Positions 31,503 to 41,975 are shown, numbered from the stretch's first letter. The stretch: DNA of 56,310 bases from Spirochaetia bacterium (GCA_007116075.1 SKJE01000051.1:1-56310), one strand, 5' to 3'. Program-made: numbers and translations. Notes: generated by a model from the letters alone, not told the origin.

Positions 31503-32576
31503 ATGAATCTATTTGATCGATACCTTCTTAAACAGTTGTTCCCCCCCCTGCTGTTCACGCTTCTTGGCCTCACGGTAATTCTCGCCATAGCGGACATGGC
31601 AGGATACCTCTACGTATTAACTGACCGGGATGCACCCCTGCAGGAAATCCTTATCCTTCTTGTACTGGCTATGCCACAGGCGCTTATCTACGCCCTCCCG
31701 GTATCTATGCTGTTCTCTGTTTGTTTTGTCACAGCATCTCTCTATGCTCATCATGAACTCATTGCAATGCTGAACTCGGGAGTTGCATTTAAGCGACTTG
31801 TGTTGCCCATACTGATGGCGGCACTCCTGCTGAGTACCGTATCCCTGCTGTTCCAGGAGACCATCCAGATCCCTGCATCAGCTCGACAAAGTCACAAGCT
31901 CCAGGAGCTTACCGGCCGCAGCCCATCCTTTGACAATCAACGGGTGACCCTGTGGAATAACAGTGCGGAAATCCTCTACTACGCATCAAGATATCGGGAA
32001 CAGGACCAGGTGCTGAATGATGTGACGGTGATTATCTATGATGAAACTCTTCCGGCTGAACGAATTGATGCATCCAGAGCTTCCTACCAACATGGAATAT
32101 GGGAACTTGAAGCTGTCCGCCATTATGATCTGAGACCAGATGATCCCCTGCTTACTTCATACTCTGTTTTAAGTGACCCGAGATTAACTGAACCACCCAG
32201 GATGTTTCGGGCACAGGTGTTTGACATTGCACATATGAGGTTCGCCGAGGCTCTCGGATTTATCAGGAGGCTGGAACGTATCGATGCTCAAAACGCCAGG
32301 GAGGCTCTTACTGACCTGTATGATCGAGTGGTATTCTCATTCACACCTCTTCTTGTAGCTTTACTCTCGGTCTCCTTCGGCTCCAGGTTGAAAAAGAATA
32401 TTCTACTGTTAAGTATATTCTTTTCTCTTGGTGTGTCAGTCCTCTATTACAGCTTCCAGTTTTTCTGCATGATCCTTGCACGTCAGGGAGTTCTTCCTCC
32501 TGCAGCCGGCAGCTTGCTGCCGCTGGTCACTTTCTGTATACTGTCGCTAGTGTTATTTCACCGGGTACACACATAA
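31503..32576 (+). CDS. lptG: LptF/LptG-family LPS export permease
   Basis: The start MNLFDRYLLKQLFPPLLFTLLGL has an AGGAGG RBS 6 nt upstream. The longer track ORF from 31269 overlaps lptF and is rejected. Confidence 0.7.
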   Translation: MNLFDRYLLKQLFPPLLFTLLGLTVILAIADMAGYLYVLTDRDAPLQEILILLVLAMPQALIYALPVSMLFSVCFVTASLYAHHELIAMLNSGVAFKRLVLPILMAALLLSTVSLLFQETIQIPASARQSHKLQELTGRSPSFDNQRVTLWNNSAEILYYASRYREQDQVLNDVTVIIYDETLPAERIDASRASYQHGIWELEAVRHYDLRPDDPLLTSYSVLSDPRLTEPPRMFRAQVFDIAHMRFAEALGFIRRLERIDAQNAREALTDLYDRVVFSFTPLLVALLSVSFGSRLKKNILLLSIFFSLGVSVLYYSFQFFCMILARQGVLPPAAGSLLPLVTFCILSLVLFHRVHT

Positions 32577-32598
32577 TTACTGAAAAAGGAACTGACTT

Positions 32599-33750
32599 AT
32601 GGCCCATGCCGATAGGATATTCACCATTACTGACCGCGACAGCACCACAAAGGCCCGTCTCGGTATGCTTCATCTTCCCCATGGAGAAGTGAACACCCCG
32701 ATGTTTATGCCGGTAGGTACAAACGGCACTGTAAAGGCAATGCATCATAGTGCCGTCGAAGATATTGGTTATAACCTAATTCTCGGAAATACCTATCATC
32801 TCTATCTCCGTCCAGGTATGGAAGTAATATCCTCATACGGAGGCCTGCACCGCTTCAGTTCATGGAAGCACAACATCCTTACCGACAGCGGAGGATTCCA
32901 GATATTTTCTCTTGCGGGTTTAAGAAAAATTAAACCTGAGGGAGTTCAGTTCCGATCTCATATTGACGGATCATTACATGCACTGACTCCGGAACATGTT
33001 GTAGATATTCAGCGCACCCTCGGAAGCGATATTCTCATGTGCCTTGATGTATGCACTCCTCCGGATATTACCCATCGGAAGGCAGTTGAAGCCTTGGCTA
33101 TCACCACTTCCTGGGCAAAGCGCTCCTACAGGCAATGGAAGATCTATGATGGTGAATACCAGGGGAAACTTTTCGGGATTATCCAGGGAAATTTCTTTAA
33201 GGATCTGAGAAAACAAAGCGCAGAGGAGATTGGATTAATCGATTTCCCGGGCATGGCAATCGGAGGACTATCTGTAGGGGAGAGCCCTGAACAATTCAGG
33301 GAGTATCTCGGCTATACCGCAGAGCTGATTGACATTGAGAAGCCTCGCTATGTCATGGGTATCGGCACACCTGAGTATATCCTGGAAGCGGTAGAGCAGG
33401 GGATAGATATTTTTGACTGTGTCTTTGCCACCAGGACCGCCAGGACCGGTTCGGTATTCACCGATCAGGGAATGATCCAACTGAAAAAGGTTCGTCACGC
33501 CCTTGATCAGGGACCAATACAGGAGGGATGTTCCTGTACTGCCTGCACCACCTATTCACGGGGTTACCTTCGCCATCTTTTTAAGACCAACGAGATATTG
33601 GGGCCCATGCTGGCAACTGAACATAATTTGAACTATCTTTATACTCTTATGGACTCCATCAGAGCCCATATTCAGGAGGGAGATTTTGCAGCCTTCAAGC
33701 GATCATTCCTCAGCACCTACCAGGGAGATACATCCCCAGGGAGCCTTTGA
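32599..33750 (+). CDS. tgt: tRNA-guanine(34) transglycosylase
   Basis: TPMFMPVGTNGTVK, LILGNTYHL, TDSGGFQ and the zinc site CSCTAC...H are present. Confidence 0.95.
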   Translation: MAHADRIFTITDRDSTTKARLGMLHLPHGEVNTPMFMPVGTNGTVKAMHHSAVEDIGYNLILGNTYHLYLRPGMEVISSYGGLHRFSSWKHNILTDSGGFQIFSLAGLRKIKPEGVQFRSHIDGSLHALTPEHVVDIQRTLGSDILMCLDVCTPPDITHRKAVEALAITTSWAKRSYRQWKIYDGEYQGKLFGIIQGNFFKDLRKQSAEEIGLIDFPGMAIGGLSVGESPEQFREYLGYTAELIDIEKPRYVMGIGTPEYILEAVEQGIDIFDCVFATRTARTGSVFTDQGMIQLKKVRHALDQGPIQEGCSCTACTTYSRGYLRHLFKTNEILGPMLATEHNLNYLYTLMDSIRAHIQEGDFAAFKRSFLSTYQGDTSPGSL

Positions 33751-35248
33751 ATCACGCTCAAGACTGCTCATGATAATGACTCTTGCCTCACGACTGCTGG
33801 GATTGGTGAGGCTCAGGATCATGAGTTCCTTGCTGGGGGCTACTGCCTCCGGTGATATCTTCTTCTTCACCTTCAATCTTGCCAATAACTCCCGGAAACT
33901 GCTTGCTGAAGGAGCACTCTCCTCTGCATACATCCCAACATACAGCAGCTTAGTTGCCCGGAACACCAGTGAGGCCGGTGGTTTTTTCCTCCGCACACTG
34001 TATGTTCTGTCTGTCGTCACCCTGATCGCGGGCGGATTGCTCTATTTCACTGCAGAACCGCTACTTGGGACTATTTCTCAGCTTGATCAGGAGTTAATTG
34101 CTCAATATGGAGCTGTGCTGCTTGGCATATTCACCATCTATCTTCTTGGTATCATCCTCACTACACTGCTTGCCGGAACGATGCAGGTCCACGGGAGGTT
34201 TTTTCTCCCCTCGCTGGCTCCTCTTATCGTTTCCGCTTCAGTAATTAGTGTATCAATGATGTGGTACCCTCGATTCGGCATACTCGCTATAGCCTGGGGT
34301 TTTGCAGTCGGCGCGGTCATTCCAGTCCTGATGATGCTTCTCAGGGTACTGCAGTTTTACTCCGGGGGCATAGAGAAGCCCCAAAAACGTATTTCCACGC
34401 ACCTCATGGGGAACTGGGGGATCCTGCTTCTGCTCAGCTCAGCACTATTCGTCAGCCAGCAGGTCTCCTTCTACCTTGCATCAACCCTTGCTGAAGGAAG
34501 CGTCATGATATTCTCCAATGCATTGATGATCTGGCAGCTGCCCTTCGGTGTATTCTTCGTCTCAATAGCTTCTTCGCTCTATCCTGAACTCTCACAGCTC
34601 TATGCCCAGAGGGATGCTGATGGGGCCCGTGATCGGCTCTCAAGAGCAGCAGGCTACGTTTTAGCCCTCCTCATACCTTCTGCAGCACTGTTGTGGCTCT
34701 TTGCCCATGAGGTATCCCAACTTATCCTCCTTTCAGGACGATATGATGAAGCATCTGTTGCTGCTACCGCTTCCCTGCTGCGGTATCTCTCACCGGCACT
34801 TCCTGCAGCAGGCATAACTCAACTTTTTATGAGGGATCTGTATATTCGATCGGCCTGGTCTTCTGCTGTGGTTCGTACGCTGCTGCTGACGGCTATCGAC
34901 ATCATCTGTTCAATACTGCTGATACGTACTGCCCTCGGCCTGTCAGGATTACCCGCAGCATACACCCTATCCACTATGGTGCTGGCGTGGATCAGCCTGA
35001 TACGTTTTCGCCCAGATCGGCATAGTCTACTGCACTGGGTGCAGATAGTATGCAGCGGGTTATTGGCTTTTGGGGTCATGTGGATCCTGCGGCGGTTTAT
35101 TACCCCCTGGCAGGGCAGCTGGTTGTCCCTGACAGCGTATATCTGTGTGATATCCGCTGCCGGAACAGTCCCGCTGCTGCTGATGTATCAGCGTCTGGGG
35201 GTGTATATCTTTACAGGGCGGAGAAGTCAGCCTTCTCGATCTGCTTAA
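33686..35248 (+). CDS. murJ: lipid II flippase MurJ
   Basis: A TTG start at 33686 lies 6 nt after AGGAGG and overlaps the tgt 3' end. The motif TLASRLLGLVRLRIMSSLLGA is MurJ-like. The product is about 14 TM and 520 aa. Confidence 0.8.
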   Translation: MQPSSDHSSAPTREIHPQGAFESRSRLLMIMTLASRLLGLVRLRIMSSLLGATASGDIFFFTFNLANNSRKLLAEGALSSAYIPTYSSLVARNTSEAGGFFLRTLYVLSVVTLIAGGLLYFTAEPLLGTISQLDQELIAQYGAVLLGIFTIYLLGIILTTLLAGTMQVHGRFFLPSLAPLIVSASVISVSMMWYPRFGILAIAWGFAVGAVIPVLMMLLRVLQFYSGGIEKPQKRISTHLMGNWGILLLLSSALFVSQQVSFYLASTLAEGSVMIFSNALMIWQLPFGVFFVSIASSLYPELSQLYAQRDADGARDRLSRAAGYVLALLIPSAALLWLFAHEVSQLILLSGRYDEASVAATASLLRYLSPALPAAGITQLFMRDLYIRSAWSSAVVRTLLLTAIDIICSILLIRTALGLSGLPAAYTLSTMVLAWISLIRFRPDRHSLLHWVQIVCSGLLAFGVMWILRRFITPWQGSWLSLTAYICVISAAGTVPLLLMYQRLGVYIFTGRRSQPSRSA

Positions 35249-37907
35249 GACGATATGAATAGTTATGCTCATTAATGGTAAAGGAAAATTCCTCTCCCGG
35301 TTTATGGTTGAGCAGTTTTGCTCCGAAGGGTGAGAGATAGGAGATAATCTGCTTTGAAGGCTCTGACTCCCAGGGGCCGAATATATGGAAAACTTCTTCC
35401 TCTCCGTTATCAAGATTATCCATTGTCACGGTAGTGCCGAAGGAGACCTTATCGGTATCAACAGAGGATTCATCAAAAATTACTGCTCGTTCTACTTCTC
35501 CCTTGATCTTTCCAACAGCTATGTTCAGCAGTTCCTGACGCTCTTTACCAGCTTTATATTCAGCATTTTCACGAAGGTCGCCCAGTTCCCTGGCAGCACC
35601 GATCTCTTTGGAGTTATCGGGGATTTCAACCTCAAGGATATACTTCAGTTCTTTCTGCTTGTTAGAGAAACTCTTCTCAGTAACGATCAAGCCTCCGGAA
35701 ACAGTTTCAGTCTTTTCTTCCTCACCGCTGAACTTAAAATCAGGATATTTTTCCTTAATCAAATGCTTTAGCTCAATTTTCTTTGACGGATCCAGCTCAA
35801 CAATATCCTTTACAAGTGAATAGATACGATTGATCTGATCAATGTCCTGGGAGGAGACATACTGGTTAATAACACCTTCATCAAAGAGAATTGCCTGGAT
35901 AGTCCTGTTGATTCTCCGGTTAAGCACCACATCCCGTTTATTGGAAATATGGCGGAGGGTTATATCCATCAGATGGAGCAGGGCAATTAGCACCTTTTCA
36001 CTTGTTATACCGCTCTGTTCCCATACATCCAGGGAAAAGTTTTTCGCCAGCCAGGCAAACGCTTCACTCCGCTCACGGTAGTTGTCATAGGCCTCAAGAA
36101 AGATCTTGATGAAGTAGGGGTCCTTCTGTCCATTTGCTTCAAGTTCATCAATAATAAACATAGTCAGATGATGCGGGAAGATCTTCACAAAAAGATCCTT
36201 CCAATTTTCATAGGAATGCTTAATTTCATTAAGGAAATCCCTTCTGATATCTCCGTCATTAATCTGCTGAAAAACCGAAATCAGGTTCTGCTGGTCCTGA
36301 AACACATCAGTAATCTTCATGGGCTCTGGTTTATGAAGAAAGGTGAACTGCCTGGACAGTCGCTTCGTGATCAGATAACTTGATATAACCTGGTCATTCA
36401 CCACTGCATAGTTGTTAGCAAAGGTGATGAAATAGTTATAGATCTCCTCAAAAAACGTTGAATCGGGTTCACTGTTTGCAATGAACTCCCGCATGATCTT
36501 AACTCGCTGGTAAAAGTCTTTCTCACTCTTAAATATATTGAGGGTCTTCTCCTCGAATGAGATCGGGGTTTCCCGGACCATAAACTCATCAGATTTATTA
36601 GGGTTGGATCCGAAGGAAGAGTTGGTCTTTAGAATTTTTCTGGCAGTGATGTTCCATGAAACCCACTCGTTCTTTGAAAGCACTGAGGGAACGAGCTCAC
36701 TTTTGATGGTTCGAAGACTAGCTGAGTTATCATGACTCTTAATGATCATCTTGAGTGTCCAGACCACGTCCTCTCGTACCTTGTCATGAAGCCGTTCCCT
36801 GGGAAGTACACTCTTGAGTACCCAGATATGTGCTTTGTCGAGTACGGTGAGGGCATTTACTGCCATCTTAAGGGACATTGTATGGTCCCGTTTTTTTACG
36901 AAATCAATAACCACCAGTTCGTTGCGGATTGACTTAATCCTTCCAATTCCCCAGCTCTTATGGTAGACGAAGTTTCCTGAATCCAGTGCAATATGTTTCT
37001 CGAAATAGGCAACAGCTTCTTCAACGTTCCGGTAGGACTGAAGCAGATTTGATTCATTGATATAGTCTTCTAGCTTGCTGTGTTCCATATAAATAATCCG
37101 GTAGCATGCAATCAGCTCATTTCTGGCTTCAGTTGATTTAGGATCTCCGTGGATATACATTTTCAGGATATCTACTGCCCGATCCCATTTCTCTTGGTCC
37201 CGGTACACATAGTAGAGTTCCAAAAGAAGCTGATTACCCCGTTCGTTACTGACGGTAGTACTGACCTTTGAGCTGATTTGAAGAAAAAACTCATACTCAT
37301 CGGGTATTTGCTTAATCAGCAGGTCCCAAATATCCTTGACCTGTGCAAAATTGCGGAAATTTATATAGCGGTAGAGTGCTTTCTTATAATAGACAACCGC
37401 CTGCTCGCGGTCACCCTGCTGTTCTGCACGCTCTGCAAGGTGCTTCACAATATCTGTCTCTTCGTAGTCTACTTTAATCAGACGTTCCCAGACTTCATAT
37501 TTCTTCTGCTCCTCACTGGTATTCTCATAGCAGTTTGCCAGAAGACGCAGTACAAGCATGTTCTCACCATGATCGAGGACGCGCTGGGAAAGATATTCTA
37601 CGATGTTCCACTTCCTGTTATCAGAAAAGAGGGTTATTAGCTGAACCAGATGGGAATCGTCGATGAGCCGTTTTTTCAAGGAGATGATCCCGGAGATATA
37701 GAGAGCGATGATGCTGTGTTTTGTATGGACAAGATGATCGTCGCACAGCTGCTTGATCTCACCCAGTTCCTCCTTGCCTGCCGCAGCAGTCAGGGAGTCA
37801 AGTTCTTCAAAGTTGCCGATCGTGTAGCTGTTGATGGCTGCTCGCGTCCATTTTTCTTCGTTGAGCATCTCTGATAATTGTTCAATTGTCTTTCCCATAG
37901 GTTCCAC
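35211..37907 (-). CDS. greA: long-form transcription elongation factor GreA (about 740-aa N-terminal extension plus Gre domain)
   Basis: The last ~150 aa match GreA: GDLRENAEYKAGKERQELLNIAVGKIKGEVERAVI...VSFGTTVTM...ISYLSPFGAKLLNHKPGEEF. The rest is helical and repeat-like. The total is 898 aa. Confidence 0.8.
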   Translation of the reverse strand: MEPMGKTIEQLSEMLNEEKWTRAAINSYTIGNFEELDSLTAAAGKEELGEIKQLCDDHLVHTKHSIIALYISGIISLKKRLIDDSHLVQLITLFSDNRKWNIVEYLSQRVLDHGENMLVLRLLANCYENTSEEQKKYEVWERLIKVDYEETDIVKHLAERAEQQGDREQAVVYYKKALYRYINFRNFAQVKDIWDLLIKQIPDEYEFFLQISSKVSTTVSNERGNQLLLELYYVYRDQEKWDRAVDILKMYIHGDPKSTEARNELIACYRIIYMEHSKLEDYINESNLLQSYRNVEEAVAYFEKHIALDSGNFVYHKSWGIGRIKSIRNELVVIDFVKKRDHTMSLKMAVNALTVLDKAHIWVLKSVLPRERLHDKVREDVVWTLKMIIKSHDNSASLRTIKSELVPSVLSKNEWVSWNITARKILKTNSSFGSNPNKSDEFMVRETPISFEEKTLNIFKSEKDFYQRVKIMREFIANSEPDSTFFEEIYNYFITFANNYAVVNDQVISSYLITKRLSRQFTFLHKPEPMKITDVFQDQQNLISVFQQINDGDIRRDFLNEIKHSYENWKDLFVKIFPHHLTMFIIDELEANGQKDPYFIKIFLEAYDNYRERSEAFAWLAKNFSLDVWEQSGITSEKVLIALLHLMDITLRHISNKRDVVLNRRINRTIQAILFDEGVINQYVSSQDIDQINRIYSLVKDIVELDPSKKIELKHLIKEKYPDFKFSGEEEKTETVSGGLIVTEKSFSNKQKELKYILEVEIPDNSKEIGAARELGDLRENAEYKAGKERQELLNIAVGKIKGEVERAVIFDESSVDTDKVSFGTTVTMDNLDNGEEEVFHIFGPWESEPSKQIISYLSPFGAKLLNHKPGEEFSFTINEHNYSYRLKQIEKADFSAL

Positions 37908-37918
37908 CTTACTTGTTT

Positions 37919-38827
37919 TTATGCGAACTCATTCGATCCTTGAGCATGTTCAATATAGAGTTGATACACCCGTTCATCGGTATCCTGAAGCTGACTCTCA
38001 AGCTCCTGGATTCTGTCCTGATTCTTCCTCAGGGCAGTATGGTAGTCTATCATCCAGAGATATCCGTTCAGAAGTTTCGGCAGTACCGATAGATCCCCCT
38101 GGGTCTGGGCACCCTCAAGGGAGCTTTCAAGCTGCCTTACCCGCTTGACCAGCGAGCTGTATTCGAGGGTAGTGAGTGCTCTTTTAACATTGAATAGACT
38201 GAAAATTCTTCCGAATACGGGTATCCAATATTGAATGCTCTCCACAGGATACCGAAAATGAAGGATTCTTTCAATAACAGTATCAATGATTTGGCTTGAG
38301 AGACAGGCAGTTTCTACTGCATCGGGGTCCTGATAGTAGGCTTCACGGTACAGAAGCCGTGCCTGATAGTCATGACCGAGCCGTTCCCAGCAGCATGCGA
38401 GCAAGGCAAGGTAGCGCATATTCTGCTGCTCCTTCTGGACCGCATGGTTTGCCCAGTTCACCGCATCCTGGTATTCCCTGAGCATAAGATGACTCACGCC
38501 GAGATAATAGGTGAGCTCTGAGGCTACTTGTGTTCCCTCCAGAACTTTTCTGCAGGTACCCCGAAGAAGGGTAAAGACCCATTCACGCAGGGATCGGTAG
38601 TATTCGATATCAAGTCCAACCTGAAGATACAGCCGGTAAAAAACCTTCCACTCATGAACGATCATAGCTGCACGTTTCAGCTCATCCAGCTGTTTCTCAA
38701 AGGCACGGCTGCGAAGCTGCCAGAACTGAAGGATATAATTGACCTGTTCCTGATGTTCAGGTATAAACCTGAGAGCCTCTTTGAAGGAGCCGTTTCTGAT
38801 ATACTGTACTGCCCGTAGATCCGCCAT
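37919..38827 (-). CDS. hypothetical helical (TPR-like) protein, co-directional and 11 nt upstream of greA
   Basis: 302 aa with clean codon structure and no recognisable catalytic motif. Repeated aromatic/Leu-rich helix pairs are present (YYLGVSHLMLREYQDAVNWANHAV, RYLALLACCWERLGHDYQARLLYREAY). Confidence 0.6.
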   Translation of the reverse strand: MADLRAVQYIRNGSFKEALRFIPEHQEQVNYILQFWQLRSRAFEKQLDELKRAAMIVHEWKVFYRLYLQVGLDIEYYRSLREWVFTLLRGTCRKVLEGTQVASELTYYLGVSHLMLREYQDAVNWANHAVQKEQQNMRYLALLACCWERLGHDYQARLLYREAYYQDPDAVETACLSSQIIDTVIERILHFRYPVESIQYWIPVFGRIFSLFNVKRALTTLEYSSLVKRVRQLESSLEGAQTQGDLSVLPKLLNGYLWMIDYHTALRKNQDRIQELESQLQDTDERVYQLYIEHAQGSNEFA

Positions 38828-38833
38828 AAAAAC

Positions 38834-38839
38834 ATTATA
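38834..38839 (-). promoter_or_regulatory. TATAAT hexamer 6 nt upstream of the ATG of the 302-aa ORF (possible leaderless transcript)
   Basis: The reverse strand reads CACGTATAATGTTTTTATGGCG. No Shine-Dalgarno sequence is visible and the -35 region is poor. Confidence 0.3.
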
Positions 38840-38910
38840 CGTGAAAAACAGGAATTATCATAGTGGCTTATGAGATTGCCAATCCTCTCAATTTCTGGTA
38901 CAACCAAGGT

Positions 38911-39585
38911 ATGGCAGAGAAAAAGAAACTCATGACGGCCCCCTCGGTCCTTGCTGCAGATTTCTCGCACATGGCTGAGGAAATATCTCTTATTGAACGT
39001 TCAGGTGCTGACTGGATTCATTTCGATATCATGGATGGATCCTTTGTCCCGCAGATCACCTTTGGACACAAATTTGTCAGCGACATGCGCCAGTTGAGTT
39101 CGCTGCCCTTCGACATACACCTGATGGTGAATCATCCTGAGACAATGGTGGATACATTTGCTGAAGCAGGGAGTGACTGGATCATCTTTCATGTTGAGGC
39201 AACTGTACATATTCATCGTCTGATTCAGCGAATCAGGCTGCTTGGGAAAAAACCGGGGATATCCCTGGTTCCCTCAACTCCTGTGTCTGCAATTACCCCA
39301 ATTCTTTCTGTAGTTGATCAGATCCTGGTTATGTCGGTCAATCCAGGCTTTGGAGGTCAGCAGATGCTTGATTTCTCTCTTGATAAGATCAAGGAACTCG
39401 ACCAGATCCGCAGAGAAAAGGGTTATACCTATCTCATTAGTGTGGACGGAGGGATCAACAGACATACGGTTGAATCGGTCAGAGCAGCCGGCGCTGATGT
39501 GGTTGTTGCAGGTAGCGCTTTTTTCGGTGATAAGGACCCTGCATCGGTTTTAAAAATCCTGAGAGACGGGGAAGAGCTTCTATGA
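38911..39585 (+). CDS. rpe: ribulose-phosphate 3-epimerase
   Basis: APSVLAADF, HFDIMDG, HLMV and VNPGFGGQ are present. I prefer the start at MAEKKK (38911) over the GTG at 38863. Confidence 0.88.
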   Translation: MAEKKKLMTAPSVLAADFSHMAEEISLIERSGADWIHFDIMDGSFVPQITFGHKFVSDMRQLSSLPFDIHLMVNHPETMVDTFAEAGSDWIIFHVEATVHIHRLIQRIRLLGKKPGISLVPSTPVSAITPILSVVDQILVMSVNPGFGGQQMLDFSLDKIKELDQIRREKGYTYLISVDGGINRHTVESVRAAGADVVVAGSAFFGDKDPASVLKILRDGEELL

Positions 39586-40031
39586 GGGCGGTAGTACAGC
39601 GGGTCCGCAACGCTTCAGTTACTGTTAACGGCACCGTCACTGGTTCAATTTCTCACGGCTTGCTGGTCTATCTGGGAGTAGAACAGGGAGATCAGGAAGA
39701 TGATATCAGCTATGCTGCCCGCAAGATCGCACAGCTGCGAATTTTTGAGGATGACCAGGGGAAACTCAACCTCTCCGTGAAGGACATTGGAGGGGGAATA
39801 CTGATGATCAGCCAGTTCACCCTCTGTGCTGATACCAGGAAGGGAAACCGTCCCTCCTTCAACAAAGCTGAATCCCCCGAGCGGGCCCGGGAATATGTGG
39901 AGAAATGTTCACAGTTAATCAGTTCATGCTATACTGTACCGGTGGAATCGGGAGTATTTGGCGCCCACATGGATGTAACCTATACAAATGATGGACCAGT
40001 TACTATCATTATTGATACTAAGGAACAATAA
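39582..40031 (+). CDS. dtd: D-aminoacyl-tRNA deacylase
   Basis: MRAVVQRV..., SQFTLCADTRKGNRPSF and the NDGPVT motif are present. 149 aa. Confidence 0.92.
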   Translation: MRAVVQRVRNASVTVNGTVTGSISHGLLVYLGVEQGDQEDDISYAARKIAQLRIFEDDQGKLNLSVKDIGGGILMISQFTLCADTRKGNRPSFNKAESPERAREYVEKCSQLISSCYTVPVESGVFGAHMDVTYTNDGPVTIIIDTKEQ

Positions 40032-40100
40032 TTCAAGCATTCCTGCTGCTTAACTGTTCCGTTTTTTTTAAGAGCTCAACACATTCGGAGATAAACAGAT

Positions 40101-41174
40101 ATGGCAAAAAAGACATTACAGACCTATTCAGGACCCGGCACTCAAGAGGACAAGAAGAAAGCCCTTGAATCAGCCCGACTTCAGTTGGATAAGCAGTTCG
40201 GTAAGGGGTCCCTCATGCGCCTTGGCGATCGCGGTCCTGCTAAAGATATTGCCACCATACCCTCGGGATCAATTCTTCTGGATGAAGCCCTGGGTGTCGG
40301 CGGATATCCCAAGGGAAGAATTATAGAGATATACGGACCGGAGTCATCAGGAAAGACTACTTTGGCCCTCCATGCAATTGCTGAATGCCAGAAGCAGGGC
40401 GGTATAGCCGCTTTTATAGATGCAGAGCACGCCCTTGATCCTATCTATGCCAAAAACCTCGGGGTGAATACCGATGAATTGTGGATTTCCCAGCCCGATA
40501 CGGGAGAACAGGCTCTGGAGATCACAGAATCTCTGGTCCGTTCCGGCGCTGTTGACATCATCGTGGTGGACTCCGTTGCCGCATTGACTCCCCAGGCTGA
40601 AATCGAAGGAGAGATGGGTGATTCCCATATGGGACTTCAGGCCAGGCTGATGAGTCAGGCACTGAGAAAGTTGACCGGAACTATCTCGAAATCCGGATCA
40701 TGCTTGATTTTCATCAACCAGATCCGCATGAAGATCGGGGTTATGTTCGGTAATCCCGAGACTACAACAGGTGGTAAGGCGCTGAAGTTCTATTCATCAG
40801 TCCGTGTCGAGGTAAGAAGAATTGAAACCATCACGAAAAACGCTGACGAAGCAATTGGCAACAGGGTTCGTGTGAAGGTAGTGAAGAACAAGGTTGCTCC
40901 TCCATTCAGGAAGGCTGAAATGGAGATCATCTTCGGAAAAGGTATCAGCTACTATGCCAGCCTCCTGGATGGTGCGGTAAAATATGATATTGTTGCAAAG
41001 AGCGGAAGCTGGTATGCCTACCAGGAAGATAAGATCGGCCAGGGTCGGGAAAATGCGAAACAGTATTTGGAAGAGCACCTCGATATCGCCGGGGACATTG
41101 AAAAAAAGCTTCGGGTGCTGATGTTTCCCAAACCCGAAGATTCCAGCAAAGACACACAGGTTATTGAAGAGTAG
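40101..41174 (+). CDS. recA: recombinase RecA
   Basis: [31 protein letters not shown] and [23 protein letters not shown] are present. Confidence 0.97.
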   Translation: MAKKTLQTYSGPGTQEDKKKALESARLQLDKQFGKGSLMRLGDRGPAKDIATIPSGSILLDEALGVGGYPKGRIIEIYGPESSGKTTLALHAIAECQKQGGIAAFIDAEHALDPIYAKNLGVNTDELWISQPDTGEQALEITESLVRSGAVDIIVVDSVAALTPQAEIEGEMGDSHMGLQARLMSQALRKLTGTISKSGSCLIFINQIRMKIGVMFGNPETTTGGKALKFYSSVRVEVRRIETITKNADEAIGNRVRVKVVKNKVAPPFRKAEMEIIFGKGISYYASLLDGAVKYDIVAKSGSWYAYQEDKIGQGRENAKQYLEEHLDIAGDIEKKLRVLMFPKPEDSSKDTQVIEE

Positions 41175-41180
41175 GGGATT

Positions 41181-41975
41181 ATGCAAACCGAACAGCAGCC
41201 GGAAGTGACAAAAAAGTCACCCTATCATGTGCAGGTTTCCTCATTTGAAGGTCCTATGGATCTGCTGCTGTTTCTCATCCAGAAGAATGAGGTGAATATC
41301 TATGATATACCCATTTCTGAGATCACCGAACAGTATATGGAATTTATCCGATACGCTTCGGAGATCCAGCTGGATAATCTGACTGACTTTTATCTCATGG
41401 CTGCTACCCTGCTGTACGTTAAGTCCAGGATGCTGCTGCCTGTAGAGGTGGAATTTGACGAGGAGTATGAGGATCCCCGGAAGGATCTTGTAGAGCGACT
41501 GCTTGAATACCAGAAGTTCAAGAAGTACGCAGACCTTATCAACGACCAGGAGGTATCCACCGAGTGGATCATCTCCAGAAAGAAAAACCAGCCGGTGCTT
41601 CCCTTCGAGGATAATGACATATGGGAGGAGGTTGAGATATGGGATCTCCTGAGGACCTTCAATACCCTTTTGTCAGGTCTTTCCCGGGAAAATGTATTCA
41701 GCATCTATGAAGAGGTCACCGTTAAGGAAAAAACAGCCTTCCTGCTGGAACTGCTGGAGGATCGAGAAGAGTTTCCCTTTCTGGAGCTTATTGTGAATGA
41801 GCATTCCCCCCTGGATATCATCTGCTCCTTTCTGGCGATCCTTGAGGCAGTAAAGACCAGGATGATCAGGATATACCAGCATACCCTGTTCGGAGACATA
41901 CTCATCCGACGGGCTGAAGAAGAGGACCATGGAGATAGAACAGAAGGAACATTTGAAGCAGATACAGCTGATTGA
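41181..41975 (+). CDS. scpA: segregation and condensation protein A
   Basis: FEGPMDLLLFLIQKNEVNIYDIPISEITEQYMEFI is the typical ScpA N-terminus. 264 aa. Confidence 0.88.
   Translation: MQTEQQPEVTKKSPYHVQVSSFEGPMDLLLFLIQKNEVNIYDIPISEITEQYMEFIRYASEIQLDNLTDFYLMAATLLYVKSRMLLPVEVEFDEEYEDPRKDLVERLLEYQKFKKYADLINDQEVSTEWIISRKKNQPVLPFEDNDIWEEVEIWDLLRTFNTLLSGLSRENVFSIYEEVTVKEKTAFLLELLEDREEFPFLELIVNEHSPLDIICSFLAILEAVKTRMIRIYQHTLFGDILIRRAEEEDHGDRTEGTFEADTAD

Noticed and set aside
40032-40100. Looked for an SOS/LexA-type operator or terminator upstream of recA
   Set aside because: There is no palindromic box resembling known LexA sites. Only a weak 5-bp stem (AAGCA/TGCTT) is present, not adjacent to the T-run. 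Nothing is supportable.
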